DNA of 64,000 bases from Lophium mytilinum (lineage: Eukaryota), in NCBI GenBank assembly GCA_010093605.1, contig MU004191.1, forward strand, positions 41,397 through 105,396, in the 5' to 3' direction. Positions 58,041 to 64,000 of the stretch are shown piece after piece (within the stretch, counting starts at the first letter, position 1; every line of letters starts with the position of its first letter). The notes beneath the pieces are model-generated. The model did no database searches and was not told the DNA's origin. It was given only the letters and a program-made list of their open reading frames with translations. Made by a program: the position numbers and the translations under genes.

Positions 58041-58365
58041 CTAGTCCTTTTGCTCCGTGAGGCAGCAAGTATAGCAGGAATCGAACTTCCTCGACTCCTG
58101 TTGTTTTTAGTTGCGTAAGAAACTATGAAGCAAGTAAGGCGAGTAAAGGGATAAGTCCAAGACTTACCCATCCATCGGGACAACTCATGGTCTGGGGAGC
58201 GCATATTTTCAAACAGATATCGGATGGCTTGGATGAAAAGTCGTAAGCCTTGGGCGCCTTCGAAGGCGTGTTACCCTCGACCATTATGACGACACGCTCG
58301 TCAGGAGTCGGGGCCGCAGCAATGAGGGCGGGCACGAAGAGGAGCGTGGCGAGTGTGAAACGCAT
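58041..58365 (-). CDS. Small secreted 6-Cys protein, 84 aa; exons 58365-58168 and 58097-58041
   Basis: MRFTLATLLFVPALIAA...CLKICAPQTMSCPDGW|ESRKFDSCYTCCLTEQKD*; canonical gtaagt..caacag intron; TATAAAA upstream. Confidence 0.85.
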
Positions 58366-60934
58366 GTTGGATCGTAGGAAGGCTGATAAGTAGTATGAAT
58401 TCAGGTGAGCTGTGACTGAAGATGTGAGGGATTCGGAAGAGACATGCTGCCTTTTATATTGACAAAGCCTTTGCGAATAATAGTATGTACATAGCAGACT
58501 TCTTTCGACTGAGACAACCTTAAAAGAACCTGATGAAGTCATACTTTACATTTGACTTTGCAGAGCGGCAACGGAGCGAGTGAGTGAACTCGGATCTCAT
58601 ACTAATCTGTTGGGACAACGTAAGAGCATTCGGCCGAGTCATGGTTCCGCCGGAATATGCTTTGCCTACGCAGCAACCGGCCAACTAGAAGAAATGCGTA
58701 CTGTCCGTTGCATCGTAGTTCTTGTGCAAGCAGCCTTTCTATACTTCGAATGTCTCTAGTCCCCACTCACAAAAGTGCTGAAGCACGAAAGAATCCGCCT
58801 GGTAAACGCTCGCAAGCGACGAATTGGTGCCCATGCTTTCCGTCAACTGCAGTATTTCCTGCCGGAGTCAGTGTCGAAGAATAATGAGCATTTGTGTAAG
58901 CCCATCTCGGCCGCAGAACAGAAATGCCAATAGTGTTTCAGCACAATGGTAACCGGCGGCGTGATGAAACGGTGACCCTCGTCCTCGCCAAGCTAGCTAA
59001 CCCGCTCATGCACACACTTAAACAGATGCCAATATGCGCCTAGGTCTCCTCTTACCCCCGCTGGCCTTGATCCCTACGGATGTCGTAGTGGGGTGCCGGC
59101 ACAGCGGGGCGTAGACCGATTGGTTGACAGCCATTCTGAAAGCTTCATTGAGGATGATCGCGAAATGAGGTTGACGGATAAGTCGACGAGTGAGGATTCA
59201 GAGTGCCGGCCGCTGGTGTGGGGTAGACGCACTTTGACGTGTAGTCTAGAGATCACCTCTGATGTCGGATGTGGAGCGAATACGTACATACATCTAGTGG
59301 GGCTCGATGTGAGACTGGCGATGGAAAGCCATATGCAAAATTGGCGACAGCCACCGGGCAATGTCACTGCGACTCACGGTCCTCGGTGGTGGACAGCGGG
59401 AACAGCTGCAGCTTGCACCCTGTTCGTTACATCAGTTCGATCATGAGGTCGAAATGGTCGCAGCTTGCAGCGTACCATACAGTCGGAGCGATGCTAGCTA
59501 GCCGGTGAGCCACCCTCGGATGATGGACGCTCAAATGTCGAAAAATGAGGTTTCGGGCACCAGAGGCTGCTGGTGCCGCAGGCAAACCAGATGGTGCGCA
59601 TGCGAGGCGAGGATGGAGAGTGGAGGGATGGGTGACGACTCGATTCAGAAGCGGTCAATTTGCTTGAATCGTCCCACGCATATACTAGGCTCAATCTGCC
59701 GCTATTAGCAAGAAGAATCAATTTTCTGGTGGTTCTACTAAACTCACAGGGTTATCGACATCTCGCTCTTTAGTCTGTTCAAGACGAGCGATTAAGCAGT
59801 ACTGTACGTGACTCCGGCGTTCAGAATCTTTAGAGGGCTAGATTTACGATACAGGAGTCCTGCAACCGTCGGTCTATACAGTAAAGAAGACCTTTAGGGC
59901 TTCCTGTGTTATATTTGGGGGCCTAGATAGTAGTTGTAGCAAAAAGACGCCTGGCCGCTAGATAGCCCTAAATAAGCCTCTACTTACAGCCCCTGTATGG
60001 CTTATTCTACAGCTACGATTCAGACTCTTCCCAGGCCTCTCTTACTAGGGTGGTTGTAAGGGTTGTCAAAGAAAGGCACACTTTCGAAGATGTTGGATTT
60101 TGCGCTCGGGCTGCGTGTGCAGAGATCTACGCCTGTGTTCTGATTTCTACGGAGACGGAGCCGAAACAGCTGGAGGCTTCTCCCAAGGTGGTGGGCTTTT
60201 TGATATACGCTGGAGATATAATTCTATTTTTCGAAACATTTATAGCTGGGAGCGGGTATTATACAAACCCTATATCTTGTGAAGTCTTCGGCCTCTGCTT
60301 TTCGCGATCGGCCTCGGTATGATCTGTTTTGATTAATTGGTCACGTGACTATAGTGCTAATGGTTATCAGGGGCATTGGAGAAGGAGTCAAGAGAGAAGT
60401 TGTGCACGCTATCCTTCCCCGAGAGTTCTCTGTTTGGAGGCTGCGCGAATGTCCCACAGCAGCTCCCTTATTCCGGCCCCCCATAGCTGAGACAGAGGCG
60501 GGCGGGAGCTAGCTAGCTGCCGCAATCGATCCAGCTGGGTACCAGGTACCTCTTAGAGTTACTCCATCCGTATATACGCAAAAGTATATTTACCTTTGTA
60601 GTAAGAAGAGCAAATAGAAGGCACACACTTCTCAGTGATCTCATCTTTGTATGTCGATCAATCTTCATAGAGTCATAAAAGGCACCCCCTGGCACAGAAA
60701 ACATGTCGGCAGATCAGATCAATTTTTTTATACATATTTTCTTAGGCACATTATTCCCTTCGTTTACAGTCTTGTAAAGGCAATCGACCAGAATTATTCC
60801 GAGGAATTAAGCCACGCAACTGCAGGCGGTCGCCGACGCCGATATATGCATTCCATATCCCCATTCGAGCCACCTTCGCAGCAGCCGATGCGCGCTTCGT
60901 GCCCTTGTGCTCGACCATGCTTCTTCAAGCCAAT

Positions 60935-61355
60935 TTATGCGACGACCCCTGAGCAGACGAGAGCCTGGCCGAGCTGTGCGGGTGTTAGAGTCTACCATAA
61001 TACTGAGAGAGACTGAGAGGGGGGGCTACTTACAATAGGCAAGAGGCAGCACTGAGCCTGCTGGCCGCCCTCGACGCTGGCGCAGATGCTGATGAAATCC
61101 TCATTGTCGGTAGGGGTAGGGTTGGCTGAAGGTTGTCAGAAGAAAGTCAAGCTACGAGGAAGAATGAAGGGGAAACGTACGAGCAGCGCAGTCTAGATCC
61201 GCGACGCCGAGTACGTCGGTCGCGCAGCAGAGGGGTGTCGTGTACAAGCCCTCGGTGCAGACAGCTTGCTGGCGCTTGTCGACGTTGAAAGCAGGTACCG
61301 CAAGGACGGAGGACGTGGCCAGGATGGCGGTTGCGAGGATGGTGGTGAACTGCAT
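60935..61355 (-). CDS. Class II hydrophobin (cerato-ulmin family); exons 61355-61181, 61125-61034, 60973-60935
   Basis: Signal peptide, KR site, then C-x9-CC-x11-C-x16-C-x10-CC-x10-C (CCATDVLGVADLDC, AQCCLLPILGQALVC). Confidence 0.93.
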
Positions 61356-64000
61356 CTTGAAGATTGGAAGAACGGGTTGATATTGAGTAGATGATTGGAG
61401 ATTGAGAGTCGGTGGTAGAGAGAAGCGTGCTTTGATGTTTGGATGGCGTCTTCAACTGTCCGGTGTGGCCAGCTTTTATAGAGATCAAGTGGTCAGCGCA
61501 TCTACCACTCTTCCCTTTTGCCATCGTCATCGGGCGAGGTTAGAGAGGCAAGGTCGAGCAGTGCCATGCCATCCAGGAGTACAGTTGGTTGAACATGGGT
61601 CCACGTCAGTTCTGGGCATTTATCCAAGATATCCCCAGTTTTGGAGCGTGCCGATCGCGATCTCTCAGCTCTCATGTTCCCCTAGGGATCTTGTGAGTGG
61701 GCAGCTAGTTGGCAAGATCAAGAAATGTTCGGCACCGGTTGCCCTCCGGTTGACCTGCGATGCCTCCGTGGTCGCGTCGTCAATAGTTCTAGTTGATCAG
61801 TCGCGGAGGAATGGCTTAGAAAGGGATGAACGCCGTTTCTAGAGAGCAATGTTACCCTCAGCGGAGGCTACAGTTTCGTCGTAGGGCTAGGGGAACTCTG
61901 TGCTGCAAGGTACCGCTCGGCGCGAAACAGTGCGGCGAATGAAGGGCGCGTGGGTAGTAGAAAAATAGTAGTACTATTGTAAGGAGTATGGCCTGATCGA
62001 GAGTCGACCGTCCGTGAATGACGTGAAGCTGGGCTCTGTGGTTTGGTTGTGTGGTAGTTCCTCTCGAACGCATGAACAATCATCTCCGGCTAGTAATATT
62101 GACCGACGTCAGTTTTGTGCTCCCCTGGTCGCGAAACGTTGGAAAATGGGTAAACCACCCTGCGCGAATCATAGGCAGGTACAAATGGCTGTGCGATGGT
62201 GGCAACTATAGCAGACCGGGGTCGCCTTGTGGTAAGGATGCACGTGGATGGTCAACGGTCCAACGGTCGTGCCCCTACACCGACGCAGGTGCTTGTCGCC
62301 TTAAGGCATGTTCCTTGGAGTCTGTGGTGGCAATGCTACATCAGTTGAAGCTATTCTCAATCTCTAGTCGAGATCGGCAGGTCCTGTGGAGCATTGGAAC
62401 CGCGACCGTTGAAGCTTGGGGTGCTGATCTGATGTGGCACCAGGAAAGAGCAAGTATTGTCGAGCCGATGAAATTTGATAGGACAGATGCGACGAGTAAG
62501 AAAAGCAAAAGATGGAAAATGACAAACTTGGCCGTCAATTATCAGGGACTGTAGACCTGGAAATGTGGTATAGGCAGGGAAGATGTATAAGATTGACGGG
62601 GCTTGAGCCTCGTTCTGGGGGCTCTCCGCGCCACAGATGGCATTCTTCTCGAGCCGAGCGGACTAAGAAGGTTCACCCTCTGGCACGCAGTGCCTCTAGT
62701 GTGCTTGCCGTCGCCTTTGCCGTGTCAAAGAGATGTGGAATGCAGATGGAGATGGAGTTGAGTCAAGGTACAGATCGGCATCAGCCGCGCAGGGGCCACA
62801 TGAGCGGCCGCTCTACGGTGCGGAGCGGGAGAATCGCCTCCGATCGACGTCATTCACTCCTTTTCTCGTCCACTTCTTCATCTATTCATCCTTGTGCTAC
62901 ATTCACAGCCACCACGGATGCAGCGTCACTGTCGCCATCGCAGGTCGTACAATGTCACAGCCGCTGTTGATCGACCATGCATCCGCCTCTGTACTGGCTA
63001 TTATTGTAGGACGACTTGCCTACTCTAATCGCTCCAGGGGTCTCAAGTCTATACCGTTTGTCGCTTCGTATGATCAACGTTTAGTAATAGGGCTCATACC
63101 TCATCGTCCCTGTTTTACGATCAAACCACTAAAGATATGGTGCATCTGTAGTACATCAATTCAGCGGTGTTGTGCTCCAGCCAGTCCTCAAGCCACTCTT
63201 AACAACCTGTCCATTCAGATTAAAATGAAGGTGAATTTATCTTAGACCCTGGAAACCATTTCAACCCTCCTATGCCCGACCGCTTCTACCGGAAACGCTT
63301 CCATCAAGAGCTACCCCGCAAATGTTGCACACTTTACCATGATACACTACGAATAATGTGACTCGGCGGTGGACATTGAAATTGCAAGGTCGTAACTATG
63401 TACATGTACGTAAGTCCCCCTCTTCCGTGTCTATCAATTTGCGGTTCCGCGGTGGATCGTATCCCGCCTGATTCTCTGCGTCCTTGAACGACGCGTTACC
63501 TTCACATGTTAGGTAGTTAGAAATCGTTCTATTCTGTCAATCTTTTCGGCCACTCCGCACCCATTCCTGCAGTTTGCTTCTTCTTGTTGGAGTGAACTCT
63601 TGATTGTATTCATCTGGAGGGGTAAGGCCCATAATTACTGCAGGAAGGTCTGCACGTGACGGACAGATGCGGAAGTCACGTGTACAAGAGCGTCAGATTG
63701 ACCTCTTCTAACTCTTTTTCCGGCTACTGCATCCCCCTTTCCTTCAACTACATGTACCACCAAGGGCTTGGACGGCTGAAGCGATCCTGAATTAGACATC
63801 ACAAAAGGTCGGTTCTTTCATCGATTTCGTGGTTCCATTCGCACATATCATGATAAGAGGGCATAATCTACCTGCCAAATGCTAAACTCAATTTTAGTTC
63901 TAATTGCGAGTATAAAACGCCTTCTAAATACGTCGGTTATATTCCGGACGCCCTGACTACCGTATTGACTGAGCGTATACAAACGCCAGGCTTGGCAGCG

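Noticed and set aside
59850..60050. Mildly TpA-rich patch suggesting an old RIP-touched repeat
   Set aside because: Too short, with no termini or coding remnants to support a call
61402..63245. Several 150-170 aa ORFs upstream of the hydrophobin
   Set aside because: No domain motifs or codon bias; consistent with a long intergenic/promoter region
14372..63685. Recurrent (T)CACGTG E-boxes (about 14373, 14399, 19938, 23810, 23940, 33778, 60342, 63654, 63677)
   Set aside because: Common bHLH-type sites; enrichment or function cannot be shown by eye

Overview
Filamentous ascomycete genomic DNA (spliceosomal GT-AG introns, repeat-induced point mutation). Bases 1-~11820 are an extremely AT-rich, RIP-destroyed block: a Ty3/gypsy gag-pol relic (protease, RT and RNase H still readable after mentally reversing RIP), a Tad1-like LINE relic (three-knuckle ORF1), two unclassified relic ORFs, and a 10-N scaffold gap. 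A short TG...CA LTR marks the sharp border with GC-balanced DNA. The remaining ~52 kb hold about 24 genes. The most striking feature is a concentration of putative cullin-RING ligase substrate adaptors: four F-box/F-box-like genes and a tandem array of four BTB/POZ genes, each encoding a divergent C-terminal CxxC..CxxC zinc ribbon. Two of the four BTB genes are disrupted, and each keeps a different two of three shared intron positions. Also present: a head-to-head non-RD kinase/unknown-protein pair, a frameshifted C2HC+Zn2Cys6 transcription factor next to an intact MFS efflux pump, a probably catalytically dead acetolactate decarboxylase homologue, an Hst2-type sirtuin with a possible non-AUG N-terminal extension, an APP1-type phosphatase, a DUF3445 protein, a class II hydrophobin and several small secreted proteins. 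Exon structures were read by eye; no database searches were run.
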